DNA of 64,000 nt from Candidatus Methylomirabilia bacterium (GTDB lineage Bacteria; Methylomirabilota; Methylomirabilia; Rokubacteriales; CSP1-6). Under the pieces are notes generated by a model. It made no database searches. It was not told where the DNA came from and saw only the letters and a program-made list of their open reading frames with translations. A program made the translations under genes and the position numbers. The stretch lies in assembly GCA_041492755.1 (NCBI GenBank), contig JBGPXN010000001.1:1-64000 (forward strand). The letters run 5' to 3'. Shown piece after piece: positions 40,163 through 51,592 of the stretch; positions within the stretch are counted from its first letter, which is position 1, and every line of letters begins with the position of its first letter.

Positions 40163-41851
40163 TCAGGAGGTCGCGAGCACCTCGCGGATGGCGTCGAGGA
40201 CGGCATCTTTGCCGACCTTCCGGTCCTGGCGAGTGCGCCGGGCGCGCACCTCGCAGAGCCCTTCCTTGACCCAGGCGTTGCCGATGGTCACGCGGGCGGG
40301 GATGCCGAGGAGATCGGCGTCCTTGAACTTCACGCCCGGGCGCTCGTCGCGATCGTCGAGCAACACGTCCAGACCCGCCTGCGTGCAGGCGGCGTAGATC
40401 TCGTCGGCCGCCGTGGCCTGGGCCTGATCCTTGACGTTGATGACGACGAGGTGGACGTGGAAGGGGGCGATGCCGGCCGGCCAGACGATCCCGTCGGCGT
40501 CCGCTCGCTGCTCGATGGCGGCGGCCGCGATGCGCGCGGGGCCGATTCCATAGCTGCCCATGACGACCGGACGGGTTTTCCCGGCCTCGTCCAGGTAGGT
40601 GGCGCCGAGAGCGTCGGAGAAGCGCGTCCCGAGCTTGAAGATGTTGCCGACTTCGATCACCCGCTCGATCGCGAGCGGTGCGCCGCACTGCGGGCAGCCC
40701 TCCCCCGCCAGGGCCGTGTGGAGATCGACGAAGCGGACTTCGAAGTCGCGGCCGACGGTGACACCGCGCGTGTGAAATCCGTCGCGATTCGCCCCGACGA
40801 CGTACTGGCCTTCGCGCAGCGTGTCGTCGGCGAGAATCGGCACGCGGGCACCGAGCGGCCCGACCGAGCCCACCGGCACGCCGAGATGCTGCGGCACCTC
40901 GTCCGGGTGCGCGGCGCGACACTCCTCGCCCATCGCGCGCATGAGCTTGCGCTCGTGGAGGCTGTGATCGCCCCGCAGCATGACGAGCACCGGCCCGGCC
41001 TTGGGCGCAACGTAGAGGAGCGACTTCGCGGTGAGCCGCGGGTCGATCTTCAAGAATGCCGCGACCTCCGCGATGGTGCGTGCCCCCGGCGTGGCGACCT
41101 CGTCGCGCGGCGCCGCGGGGAACTCGGGCGCGCGCGGGACCGCGCGGGCCAGCTCGACGTTCGCGGCGTAGCCGCAGGTGGCGCACATCGCAATCTCGTC
41201 TTCGCCGGCCGCGCTGGGCGCCATGAACTCGTGCGCGCTCTTGCCGCCCATCATGCCGGTGTCCGACTGCACGACGTGGAACCGCAATCCGGAGCGCTCG
41301 AAGATCCGCCGGTAGGCGTGCTCGTGCGCGGCGTACGAACGGTCGAGGGCCGCGTCGTCGGCATCCAGCGTGTAGGAGTCCTTCATGACGAACTCGCGCG
41401 TGCGCAACACACCCGAGCGCGGCCGGGCTTCGTCGCGCTCCTTCGTCTGGATCTGGTACCAGATCTGCGGCAGGTCGCGGTAGGAGCGGATCTCGCGGGA
41501 GGCCAGCCAGGCGACGACCTCTTCGTGCGTCATCCCGAGACACATGTCCCGCCCGTGCCGATCTCGCAACTTGAACATCTCGGGAATGCCGTCCCACCGT
41601 CCCGACTGCTTCCAGATCTCGGCGGGATGGATGACGGGCATGGTGATCTCCTGCCCACCGATCGCGTTCATCTCCTCCCGGATGATAGCGGTGATCTTGT
41701 CGAGCACGCGCTGGCCGATGGGCAGCCACACGAACACGCCCGCCGCGAGCTGGCGCACGAGGCCGGCCCGCAGCATCAGCTTGTGACTGAGCGCCTCCGC
41801 CTCGGCCGGCTCCTCGCGGAGGGTGGGAACCAGGGACTTGGACAGCCGCAT
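40163..41851 (-). CDS. proS: Proline--tRNA ligase (bacterial type with INS editing domain)
   Basis: THEE, RDEARPRSG.LR.REF.MKD, IEVGNIFKLG, MGSYGIG and PGVKFKDADLLG motifs. Confidence 0.97.
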   Translation of the reverse strand: MRLSKSLVPTLREEPAEAEALSHKLMLRAGLVRQLAAGVFVWLPIGQRVLDKITAIIREEMNAIGGQEITMPVIHPAEIWKQSGRWDGIPEMFKLRDRHGRDMCLGMTHEEVVAWLASREIRSYRDLPQIWYQIQTKERDEARPRSGVLRTREFVMKDSYTLDADDAALDRSYAAHEHAYRRIFERSGLRFHVVQSDTGMMGGKSAHEFMAPSAAGEDEIAMCATCGYAANVELARAVPRAPEFPAAPRDEVATPGARTIAEVAAFLKIDPRLTAKSLLYVAPKAGPVLVMLRGDHSLHERKLMRAMGEECRAAHPDEVPQHLGVPVGSVGPLGARVPILADDTLREGQYVVGANRDGFHTRGVTVGRDFEVRFVDLHTALAGEGCPQCGAPLAIERVIEVGNIFKLGTRFSDALGATYLDEAGKTRPVVMGSYGIGPARIAAAAIEQRADADGIVWPAGIAPFHVHLVVINVKDQAQATAADEIYAACTQAGLDVLLDDRDERPGVKFKDADLLGIPARVTIGNAWVKEGLCEVRARRTRQDRKVGKDAVLDAIREVLATS

Positions 41852-41854
41852 CGC

Positions 41855-41959
41855 TAGGAGTCCGTCCGGGTAACGCGGTGTCGAGGAGCGCCCCGGCTCC
41901 GCCGGGGTGCTGCCGAGAGCTGGGGGGTGTGGGGGGCCATGTCTGGGCCCCCCACCTAG
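41855..41959. repeat. CTAG-bounded palindromic element between fdx and proS
   Basis: CCCCGGCTCCGCCGGGG, GAGCTGGGGGG (shared with the 9164-9408 arms) and GTGGGGGGCC..GGCCCCCCAC-CTAG. Confidence 0.6.
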
Positions 41960-42288
41960 TGGGCGTCGGGCGTCTTGTTGGCCCCCTTCACCCCCGGGTC
42001 GTAGCGCAGGCGCTCCACGGGCTTGCCGCCCAGGATGTGGGACTTCAAGATCTCGGGCAGGTCGCTCTCCTGCACGCCGTGGTACCAGACGTCGTCGGGA
42101 TAGACGACGATCATCGGCCCGTGGCCGCACTGCGAGAAGCAGCCGGCCTTGTTGACGCGGACGTCGGTCTTGAGCCCGGCCTTGACGGCTTCTCCCCGCA
42201 GATACTTCACGTACTCCTCGACGTTGCCGCGGGTCGGGCAGTCCTCCCCGCTCGTGCAGACGAAGACGTGCGTCTTGTACTGGCCCAT
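41956..42288 (-). CDS. Thioredoxin-like [2Fe-2S] ferredoxin
   Basis: HVFVCT..C, GCFSQCGHGP and VVYPDDVWY motifs. Confidence 0.92.
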   Translation of the reverse strand: MGQYKTHVFVCTSGEDCPTRGNVEEYVKYLRGEAVKAGLKTDVRVNKAGCFSQCGHGPMIVVYPDDVWYHGVQESDLPEILKSHILGGKPVERLRYDPGVKGANKTPDAH

Positions 42289-43382
42289 CAGGCGTTGACC
42301 TCCGTCCCCTGCGCCGCCCGGCGCTCGGCGATGAATTTGTCGACCTCCTCGCGCATCGCCTGCACGATCCCGCTCTCGGGCACCTTGCGGATCACCTCAC
42401 CGTGCTTGAAGATCAACCCGATCCCCTTCCCGCCCGCGACGCCGATGTCGGCCACCCGCGCCTCGCCGGGACCGTTGACTTCACATCCCATCACCGCGAT
42501 GTGGATCTCTTCGTTGAGGCCCTTGAACTCGTCTTCCACTTCGCGGGCGAGCTTGACGAGGTCGACGTCGGCGCGGCCGCACGACGGGCAGGCGACGAAG
42601 GTGAGGCCGCCGCGACGCAGGCCGAGCGCCTTGAGGATGTCGATGCCGACGCGGACTTCTTCGGTGGGGTCGGCGGACAGGGACACGCGAATCGTGTCGC
42701 CGATGCCCTGGGAGAGGAGCGCGCCGAGGCCGACCGCGGACTTGATGGTGCCCACGCCGGGCGTGCCGGCCTCGGTGACGCCGAGATGGAACGGATAGTC
42801 CACCTGGTCGGCGAGCATCCGGTACGCCTCGATCATCATGGACGGATCGGACGCCTTGAGGGAGATCTTCATCTCCGGATAGTCACACTCTTCGAGGATC
42901 CGGATGTGTCGCAGCCCCGACTCCACCATCCCCTTCGCGCTGGGGCCGTTGTACTTCGCGAGCAGATCCTTCTCCAGCGAGCCCGCGTTGACGCCGATGC
43001 GGATGGGGATCTTGCGGTCCTTGGCGAGGTTGACGACCTCCATCACGAACGGCTTGCCGCCGATGTTGCCCGGGTTGAGGCGGAGACCGTCCACACCCTG
43101 CTGGAGCGCGATGAGGGCCAGCTTGTAGTTGAAGTGGATGTCGGCCACCAGCGGGATGCGGATCTGCTTCTTGATCTCGCCGAGCTTCTCGGCGGCCTCG
43201 CGCACGGGCACCGCGCAGCGCACGACGTCGCACCCGGCCGCCTCCAGCGACCAGATCTCGAGCAGCGTCGCTTCCACGTTCCGCGTGTCCGTCTTGGTCA
43301 TGGACTGCACGGTGATGGGCGCGTCACCGCCGATCTTGACGTTGCCGATCTGGATCTGCCGTGTTCTCCGCCGTTCGGTCAT
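42288..43382 (-). CDS. ispG: HMBPP synthase
   Basis: VQSMT, ADIHF, RLNPGN, HLGVTEAG, CPSCGR and MGCEVNGPGE motifs. Confidence 0.97.
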   Translation of the reverse strand: MTERRRTRQIQIGNVKIGGDAPITVQSMTKTDTRNVEATLLEIWSLEAAGCDVVRCAVPVREAAEKLGEIKKQIRIPLVADIHFNYKLALIALQQGVDGLRLNPGNIGGKPFVMEVVNLAKDRKIPIRIGVNAGSLEKDLLAKYNGPSAKGMVESGLRHIRILEECDYPEMKISLKASDPSMMIEAYRMLADQVDYPFHLGVTEAGTPGVGTIKSAVGLGALLSQGIGDTIRVSLSADPTEEVRVGIDILKALGLRRGGLTFVACPSCGRADVDLVKLAREVEDEFKGLNEEIHIAVMGCEVNGPGEARVADIGVAGGKGIGLIFKHGEVIRKVPESGIVQAMREEVDKFIAERRAAQGTEVNA

Positions 43383-43393
43383 GTCACCCGTCC

Positions 43394-44758
43394 CTATCGA
43401 AAAAAGCGAAACGCGTCGATGCGCACGAGGTCGTTGTAGAGCGCATAGACCATGAGCAGCATGAGGAGCACGAAGCCGAGCTGCTGGGCGGCCTCCCGCT
43501 TCTTGAGCGAGAGCGGCCGGCCCCGGATGCCTTCGATGACGAAGAAGAAGAGGTGGCCGCCGTCCAGCATGGGGACGGGCAGCAGATTCAGCACCGCGAG
43601 GTTCACGCTGATGATCGCGGTGAAGAGCGCCAGTGAGGCGGCGCCTTCTTTGGCCTGGCGCCCGGCTTCGGCGGCGATCTGGATGGGGCCGCCGATGTTC
43701 GAGCGGTCGATGGTCCCCCACACGACCTTCCACAGGCCCTTCACGGTGAGGACGGTCATGTCCCACGTCTTGACCGCGCCGTACGCGATGGCCTGGGGCA
43801 GTGGATACGGCTCGTAGCTCACCGTCTTCGTCACGATGCCGACGCCGATCCGACCGACTTCAGTCTCGCCCGTCGGCGTCTTTTCCTTCACGACGATCGC
43901 CGTCACCGGCACCGTCAGCGGGCGGCCGTCACGCTCGATGGTGATCTCGAACGTCTGACCGCCGCGCTTCTGGATCGCCTGCATCAGGTCCTCGGGCGTG
44001 AACACGGGTTGTCCGGCCACCGCCTTCACGACGTCGCCCGGCTTCAGTCCGGCCTTGTCGGCGGGTGATCCCGGGTTCACGGAGCCGATCTGCGGCGTGA
44101 GCTGCGGGCCGGCGCCGATCTCCCACGTTTCGCGGGCCTCCTTGAAGATGAGATCGCGCACGACGGTGAGACGCGGCTCGACCGTCACCGGCTGGGTCGC
44201 TCCGGCGGCGCGGGCGATCATCAGCGACAGCGGCTGGCCGGTGCTCGAGGTCAGCGCCCGCTCGAGATCTTCCCAGTACGCGACGGGCCTGCCGTCCACC
44301 GCCACCACCCTGTCGCCGGTGCGGAGTCCGGCGGCCGCCGCCGGGCTGTCCTCGGTCACACGTCCGATCACGGGGGCCCACACCGGCCGGCCGGCGGTGG
44401 CGAGGACGCCCATGAAGATGACGGCGGCCAGCACGAAGTTCATCCCCGGCCCGGCAAAGACGATGAGGAACCGCATCCAGAGCGGCTTCAGCGCGAACGC
44501 CTTGGACGGATCCCACGGCATCGGCGCACCGCCCTCGAGCGGATTCTCCTCGCCCAGCATCTTCACGTAGCCGCCCATGGGAATGACGGACAGGCAGTAC
44601 TCGGTCTCCTGGCCGCGCCAGCGCAGCAACACGGGACCGAAACCGATCGAGAAGCGCTCCACACCGACCCCACACCACCGCGCGACGATGAAGTGACCGA
44701 GCTCGTGGATGAGGATGAGAATTCCGATGACGACGACGAAAGAAACCACCGTGGTCAC
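43394..44758 (-). CDS. rseP: RIP metalloprotease with two PDZ domains
   Basis: HELGH, FSIGFG, AGP..N and NLLPVPMLDGGH motifs. Confidence 0.95.
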   Translation of the reverse strand: MTTVVSFVVVIGILILIHELGHFIVARWCGVGVERFSIGFGPVLLRWRGQETEYCLSVIPMGGYVKMLGEENPLEGGAPMPWDPSKAFALKPLWMRFLIVFAGPGMNFVLAAVIFMGVLATAGRPVWAPVIGRVTEDSPAAAAGLRTGDRVVAVDGRPVAYWEDLERALTSSTGQPLSLMIARAAGATQPVTVEPRLTVVRDLIFKEARETWEIGAGPQLTPQIGSVNPGSPADKAGLKPGDVVKAVAGQPVFTPEDLMQAIQKRGGQTFEITIERDGRPLTVPVTAIVVKEKTPTGETEVGRIGVGIVTKTVSYEPYPLPQAIAYGAVKTWDMTVLTVKGLWKVVWGTIDRSNIGGPIQIAAEAGRQAKEGAASLALFTAIISVNLAVLNLLPVPMLDGGHLFFFVIEGIRGRPLSLKKREAAQQLGFVLLMLLMVYALYNDLVRIDAFRFFR

Positions 44759-45930
44759 GACGACAAACCTCCCGACAGCGCGTCGACCAGATCCGCCGCC
44801 AGGCGACGGACGTCGGCGTCGACCGCGACACATTCTTCGATGGACGTGAGCTCGCCGATCGGATACTTCCCGAGGGCGCGCTCGATCAGCTCGGGGATCT
44901 GGACGAATCGCAGGCGGCGGCCCAGGAAGGCGGCCACCGCCACTTCGTTCGCGGCGTTGAGGACGACGGGCGCCGCGCCGCCCCGCTCGAGCGCACCGCG
45001 GGCCAGCGCGAGGCAGGGAAACTTGACGGGGTCGGGCGCGAAGAAGGTCAGGCCCGAAAGCCGGGTGAGATCGAGCCGCGCCGACGGCGTCGGCCGGCGC
45101 TCGGGGTACGTGAGCGCGTAGAGGATGGGCACGCCCATGTCGGCGACGCCCAGCTGGGCGATCACCGAGCCATCGATGTACTCCACCATCGAGTGGACGA
45201 TCGACTGCGGATGCACGATGACCTGGACCTGCGCCGACGCGACGTCGAACAGCCAGCGCGCCTCGATCACTTCGAGGCCCTTGTTCATCAGGGTGGCGGA
45301 ATCGACGGTGATCTTCGCCCCCATCTTCCACGTCGGATGCTTGAGGGCGTCTTCCACGGTGACCGCGGCCAGCGCGGACGCGGGCAGCTCGCGGAACGGT
45401 CCGCCGGACGCGGTGAGGAGGATCTTATGGACGTCGCCGCGATTGTGTCCCTGCAGGCACTGGAACACCGCGCTGTGCTCGGAGTCCACGGGCAGCAACG
45501 GCACGCCGGCCTGGCGCGCCGCCGCCGTCATGAGGCTTCCGGCCATGACCAGCGTTTCCTTGTTGGCGAGGGCCACCGGTCGCCGCGCGCGGATCGCTGC
45601 CATCGTCGGTAGCAGCCCGGCGCCGCCGACCAGCGCCGACACCACGATGTCGGCTTCCGTTTCCCCCGCGAGCGCGGCCACCCCGGCCGGCCCGCCCAGC
45701 AACTCGGGCCGCGGCGCGGGCAGGTGCGCGGCGAGCCGATCGATGGCGGCCTCGTCCAGGAGCGCCACCGCCTGCGGCGCGTACTTGCGACAGAGATCGG
45801 CGATGAGCTCGACGTTCGAGCCCCGGGCGGCCAGACCGGCGATCGAGAATTCTTCCGGGAAACTCGAGACCAGCTCGAGCGTGCGGAGACCGATGGATCC
45901 GGTGGCGCCGAGCAGCGTGATGCGCTTCAC
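44755..45930 (-). CDS. dxr: 1-deoxy-D-xylulose-5-phosphate reductoisomerase
   Basis: LGATGSIG, LANKE, PVDSEHSA and WKMGAKITVDSAT.MNKGLE motifs. Confidence 0.97.
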   Translation of the reverse strand: MKRITLLGATGSIGLRTLELVSSFPEEFSIAGLAARGSNVELIADLCRKYAPQAVALLDEAAIDRLAAHLPAPRPELLGGPAGVAALAGETEADIVVSALVGGAGLLPTMAAIRARRPVALANKETLVMAGSLMTAAARQAGVPLLPVDSEHSAVFQCLQGHNRGDVHKILLTASGGPFRELPASALAAVTVEDALKHPTWKMGAKITVDSATLMNKGLEVIEARWLFDVASAQVQVIVHPQSIVHSMVEYIDGSVIAQLGVADMGVPILYALTYPERRPTPSARLDLTRLSGLTFFAPDPVKFPCLALARGALERGGAAPVVLNAANEVAVAAFLGRRLRFVQIPELIERALGKYPIGELTSIEECVAVDADVRRLAADLVDALSGGLSS

Positions 45931-46787
45931 GACGTCGCCCCCCACAGCTTCACGTAGTAGTAGAAGGACGGGACGTTGAAGAGCAGGCTGTCGATCCGGT
46001 CGAGCATCCCGCCGTGACCGGGGATCAATGCGCCCGTGTCCTTCGTGCCGAGGCTTCGCTTGACCACCGATTCAGCGAGGTCGCCGAGTTGCCCCATCGC
46101 GCCGAGGAACGCGCCGGCGCCGGCCGTGAAGGTGGCCGGCCACGCGGTCAGCAACCAGCGTCCCAGGATCAGCGCGGAGATCACGGAGACCACGAGCTGG
46201 GCGATCGCACCCTCCATCGTCTTGGCCGGACTGATCGTCGGCGCGAGCCGATGCCGGCCGACCGTTGAGCCCACGAGGTAGGCGGCGGATTCACCAGCCC
46301 ACGTCACGCCGACCAAGAACAGCACCAGCCACGCCCCCTCGGGGAGCTCGCGCAAGAGGACGGCGTGACCGAGCGGCCATCCCACGTAGACCGCGGCCAG
46401 CAGCCCCACCGCCACCGGCTCGATGGACAGCGGAGCGCCCCCCCACACCGGGGCGCTCATGACCAGCATCACCACCCCGGTCAGCACGATCACCGATGCG
46501 CCGGACACGGCGAAGCTCAGCGTCACCGCGAACGCGGCGGCGACGCCCAGACGGGGATACGCCGGCCGACCCGCGCGCTGGAACATCCGTCCCAGCTCCC
46601 AGGCGGCCGCGGCGCTGACCGCCACCACGAGCGCGATGAAGACCGCCGCCGGCGCCGCCACCAGCACGAGGATGAACAGGGGGAGCAGCACGGCGGTGCT
46701 GAGGACGCGCTTCAGCATGTGGTCATACGCCGTCCTTCGGCGGACGGCCGGCGTGGCGGGCGCGACACCCCCCGGCAACCACGTCAA
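45927..46787 (-). CDS. cdsA: Phosphatidate cytidylyltransferase
   Basis: ISPAKTMEG and GDLAES..KR..KD.G..IPGHGGMLDRIDS motifs. Confidence 0.95.
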   Translation of the reverse strand: MTWLPGGVAPATPAVRRRTAYDHMLKRVLSTAVLLPLFILVLVAAPAAVFIALVVAVSAAAAWELGRMFQRAGRPAYPRLGVAAAFAVTLSFAVSGASVIVLTGVVMLVMSAPVWGGAPLSIEPVAVGLLAAVYVGWPLGHAVLLRELPEGAWLVLFLVGVTWAGESAAYLVGSTVGRHRLAPTISPAKTMEGAIAQLVVSVISALILGRWLLTAWPATFTAGAGAFLGAMGQLGDLAESVVKRSLGTKDTGALIPGHGGMLDRIDSLLFNVPSFYYYVKLWGATS

Positions 46788-47566
46788 ATCCCACCGAACC
46801 TGCGCGCGCGGCCCTGGTAGTCCGCGACCGCGCGGTACAAATCAACGGCACTGAAATCGGGCCACAGCGTCGGTGTGATCCACAGCTCGGTGTACGCGAT
46901 CTGCCAGAGCAGGAAGTTGGAGATGCGCATCTCGCCGCTGGTGCGGATGAGCAGGTCCGGGTCCGGAATGCCGTCCGTGTACAGCGCGCGGCTCACGTGG
47001 GCCTCGGTGATGTCTTCGGGCGCCAACTTCCCCGCCTGCACCTGGCCGGCCAACGTCCGCACCGCGTCCAGCAGCTCGTCGCGGCCGCCGTAGTTGAACG
47101 CGACGAGCAGGGTGAGCCCGGTATTCTCCGCCGTCTCCGCGGCCATGCGCTCGATGCCGCGCCGCACCCCCGACGGCACCCCGCGCATGCGACCGATGGG
47201 GCGCACGCGCACGTTCTGCTCCATGAGCTGGGGGAGCTCGCGCACGATCGCCTCTTCGAGGAGGCGCATCAGCATGGACACTTCGTCTTCGGGCCGATTC
47301 CAGTTCTCCGTGGAAAAGGCGTAGAGCGTGAGGTAGTCGAGCCCGATCTCGCCGGCCGCGCGCACGACCGCGTGCGCGGTCTTCACGCCTTCGCGGTGCC
47401 CCGCGATGCGCGGAAGCCCGCGACCGGTGGCCCACCGTCCGTTGCCGTCCATGATGACCGCGACGTGGGCGGGCAAGGGACGCGAGCGGACGAGCCCCCG
47501 CAGCTCGCCCTCATCGAGCGCGGCCGGCGCGGCGCGGAGGCCGGCGCTGGAGGATTTCAGCGGCAT
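46784..47566 (-). CDS. uppS: Undecaprenyl diphosphate synthase
   Basis: IMDGNGRWA, FSTENW and IRTSGEMRISNFLLWQ motifs. Confidence 0.97.
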   Translation of the reverse strand: MPLKSSSAGLRAAPAALDEGELRGLVRSRPLPAHVAVIMDGNGRWATGRGLPRIAGHREGVKTAHAVVRAAGEIGLDYLTLYAFSTENWNRPEDEVSMLMRLLEEAIVRELPQLMEQNVRVRPIGRMRGVPSGVRRGIERMAAETAENTGLTLLVAFNYGGRDELLDAVRTLAGQVQAGKLAPEDITEAHVSRALYTDGIPDPDLLIRTSGEMRISNFLLWQIAYTELWITPTLWPDFSAVDLYRAVADYQGRARRFGGI

Positions 47567-47581
47567 GAGCTTGCCATCTTA

Positions 47582-48142
47582 CTAAAACGAGAGGATTTCC
47601 CCTTCCTTCTTCTTGAGCAGCTCGTCCACTCTTGCGATGAGCTTGTCGGTCGTCTTCTGGATCTGATCGTGGCCCCGCCGCTCTTCGTCCTCGGACACTT
47701 TCTTGTCGCGGGCCAGGCCCTTGAGCTTGTCGTTGGCCTCGCGCCGGACGTTGCGGACGGCGACCCGGCCCTCCTCGGCGATCTTGTTGACGTTCTTGGC
47801 GAGCTGCTTGCGGCGCTCCTCGGTCAGCGTCGGCATGACGAGCCGGATCACTTTGCCGTCGTTGACCGGCGTCAGACCGAGGTCGGACTTCATGATCGCC
47901 TTCTCGATGGCCGGAAGCTGCGCCACCTCCCACGGCTGGATGACGAGCGTGCGCGGATCCGGGACCGCCAGCGACGCCATCTGAGAAATCGGAGTGAGCG
48001 TGCCGTAGTAGTCGACGCGCACGCTGTCGAGGAGCCCGGTGGACGCGCGCCCCGTGCGCACGGAGGCGAACTCGCGTCCGAGCGTGTCGATGGCGGAATT
48101 CATCCGGCTCTCCATGTCCTTGATGACATCTTGCATGGCCAT
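47582..48142 (-). CDS. frr: Ribosome recycling factor
   Basis: RTGRA, VDYYG and LTEERRK motifs. Confidence 0.97.
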   Translation of the reverse strand: MAMQDVIKDMESRMNSAIDTLGREFASVRTGRASTGLLDSVRVDYYGTLTPISQMASLAVPDPRTLVIQPWEVAQLPAIEKAIMKSDLGLTPVNDGKVIRLVMPTLTEERRKQLAKNVNKIAEEGRVAVRNVRREANDKLKGLARDKKVSEDEERRGHDQIQKTTDKLIARVDELLKKKEGEILSF

Positions 48143-48165
48143 GGCCGCTCCTTCCCGCCGGCCGG

Positions 48166-49509
<1,344 letters not shown>

Positions 49510-50271
49510 TCAGGCCTCGGTCTCGGCGACCGCCATCTCCGGCTCCGCCGTGGCCTCGGCCGCCGCCTCGTCGGCCTCGTCCTTGGCGAGCGTGCCGCGC
49601 CCTTCGAGGATCGCGTCGGCGATCCGCCCGGTGATCAGCCGGACCGCGCGAATGGCGTCGTCATTGCCCGGCACCGGATAGTCGATGCCGGTCGGATCGC
49701 AGTTGGTGTCCACGATGGCCACGATGGGGATGCCCAGCCGCTGGGCCTCCGCCACCGCGATCTTCTCCTTCCGCGGATCGATGATGAACACCGCGGACGG
49801 CAGCTGCTCCATCATCTTGATCCCGATGAGCGCCTTCTCGAGCTTCAGGCGCTCGCGGTCGAGCTGGAGGGCCTCCTTTTTCGGCAGCCGCTCCACGGCG
49901 CCGCTTTCCTTCATCTCCTCGATCTTCTTCAGGCGGCCGATCGACTTTCGAATGGTGGCGAAGTTGGTCAGGGTGCCGCCCAGCCAGCGCTGGTTCACGT
50001 AGAACATCGCGCAGCGGCCGGCCTCCTCGAAGACGGTGTCTTGCGCCTGCTTCTTGGTGCCGATGAAGAGCACGCTGCCGCCACCGGCGGCAAGGTCGCG
50101 GACGAAGGCGTACGCTTCACGGAACTTCTTGAGGGTCTTTTGCAGATCGATGATGTAGATGCCGTTGCGCTCGCCGAAGATGTATTTCTGCATCTTCGGG
50201 TTCCAGCGCTTGGTTTGGTGGCCGAAGTGCACTCCAGCCTCGAGCAACTCCTTCATGGTCAGGGCAGCCAT
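49510..50271 (-). CDS. rpsB: 30S ribosomal protein S2
   Basis: [25 protein letters not shown] and DTNCDP..PGNDDA motifs. Confidence 0.98.
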   Translation of the reverse strand: MAALTMKELLEAGVHFGHQTKRWNPKMQKYIFGERNGIYIIDLQKTLKKFREAYAFVRDLAAGGGSVLFIGTKKQAQDTVFEEAGRCAMFYVNQRWLGGTLTNFATIRKSIGRLKKIEEMKESGAVERLPKKEALQLDRERLKLEKALIGIKMMEQLPSAVFIIDPRKEKIAVAEAQRLGIPIVAIVDTNCDPTGIDYPVPGNDDAIRAVRLITGRIADAILEGRGTLAKDEADEAAAEATAEPEMAVAETEA

Positions 50272-50284
50272 GCATCCTCCTTCG

Positions 50285-50350
50285 GTTTGCCTCCGCCGCG
50301 TCTATCGGGGCTCCCTGCGTGAAGCCCCGCACCGAAGTCGCGCGGCGTGA
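50285..50350 (-). promoter_or_regulatory. Putative structured rpsB leader (S2 autoregulation)
   Basis: CGCCGCG..CGGGGCT..AGCCCCG..CGCGGCGGAGG nested pairing upstream of the RBS. Confidence 0.45.
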
Positions 50351-50361
50351 ATGATAGTGAG

Positions 50362-51576
50362 CTACGTCGTGTACTTCGCATTGATCCGCACGTACTCCTC
50401 GGAGAGGTCACAGGTCCACACCCGCTCCTCTCCGCGGCCCAACCCCAGGTCGATCGTGATCGTGTAGGCCGGCTCTCCCATGATCTCGCGGATTCGGTCC
50501 AGGCGCGCGCCTTCCTTGCCCACCCCCCGCTCCACCAGCGGCTCGTCGGCGAAGGCGATACTGACCTTGTCCTGCTCCACGCGCGCCGCCGATTTCCCGA
50601 GCGCCATCATGATCCGGCCCCAGTTCGGGTCCTGCCCGTTGATGGCGGTCTTCACCAGGGGCGAGTTGGCCACGCTGCGCGCCGCGGTCAGGGCGTCCCG
50701 GCGGCTGGCCGCGCCGCGGACGACGACGGTCACCAGCTTGGTGGCGCCTTCACCGTCGCTGACCAGCATCTGGGCCAGTCGGCCCGTGAGCGCCTCCAGA
50801 CCCTGGGTGAACTGCCGGAAACCGCGCCCGCCCGACTCGAGGGGCGCGTTCTCCGCCAGCCCGTTGGCGAGCACGGCGACCGTATCGCTCGTCGACTGGT
50901 CGCCATCGACGGTAATCCGGTTGAAGGAGCGGGCCGCGGCCCGGCGCAGCGCGGTCTGAAGGGCTTTGGCCGTCACGACCGCGTCGGTGGTGACGAAGCA
51001 GAACATCGTCGCCATGTGGGGCTCGATCATCCCCACCCCCTTGGCGATCCCGCCGAGCGTCACCGGACGGCCGTTCACCTCGAGGCGCAACGCCGCTTCC
51101 TTGGGGCGCGTGTCCGTCGTCATGATCGCTTCGGCGGCGGCGCGCCCGCCCTGCGGCGACAGCGACTTCACCAGCTTCGGGAGCGCGCTCCGGATCTTGT
51201 CCATCGGCAGCGGCACCCCGATGACCCCGGTGGCGCCGATCAGCACCTGCTTGGCCGAGATGCGGAGCAACTCACCGACGATTCCCGTGATCTCACGCGC
51301 GTCCTTGACCCCCTGCTCGCCCGTGCACACGTTGGCGCAGCCGCTGGAGGCGACGATGGCTTGCGCGGTGCCGCCGCGAACGTGGTCCATCGAGACCAGC
51401 ACCGAGGCACCCTTGACCTGGTTCGTGGTGAACACGGCGGCCACGCGCGCGGGAGAGGAGGAGTAGATGAGGGCGAGGTCCTTCTTGCCGCTCGGCTTGA
51501 TGCCCCCCGTGATACCAGCAGCAAGAATGCCCGGAACCGCGGTGACGCCGCCTCCCAGCCACTCGATCTCGCCCAA
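50362..51576 (-). CDS. argJ: Ornithine acetyltransferase
   Basis: AIMTTDT, KGVGMIEPHMATM, DGEGATK, VKTA..G.DPNWGR and YVRINAKY motifs. Confidence 0.96.
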   Translation of the reverse strand: MGEIEWLGGGVTAVPGILAAGITGGIKPSGKKDLALIYSSSPARVAAVFTTNQVKGASVLVSMDHVRGGTAQAIVASSGCANVCTGEQGVKDAREITGIVGELLRISAKQVLIGATGVIGVPLPMDKIRSALPKLVKSLSPQGGRAAAEAIMTTDTRPKEAALRLEVNGRPVTLGGIAKGVGMIEPHMATMFCFVTTDAVVTAKALQTALRRAAARSFNRITVDGDQSTSDTVAVLANGLAENAPLESGGRGFRQFTQGLEALTGRLAQMLVSDGEGATKLVTVVVRGAASRRDALTAARSVANSPLVKTAINGQDPNWGRIMMALGKSAARVEQDKVSIAFADEPLVERGVGKEGARLDRIREIMGEPAYTITIDLGLGRGEERVWTCDLSEEYVRINAKYTT

Positions 51577-51592
51577 TGCTAACGATCGCTCC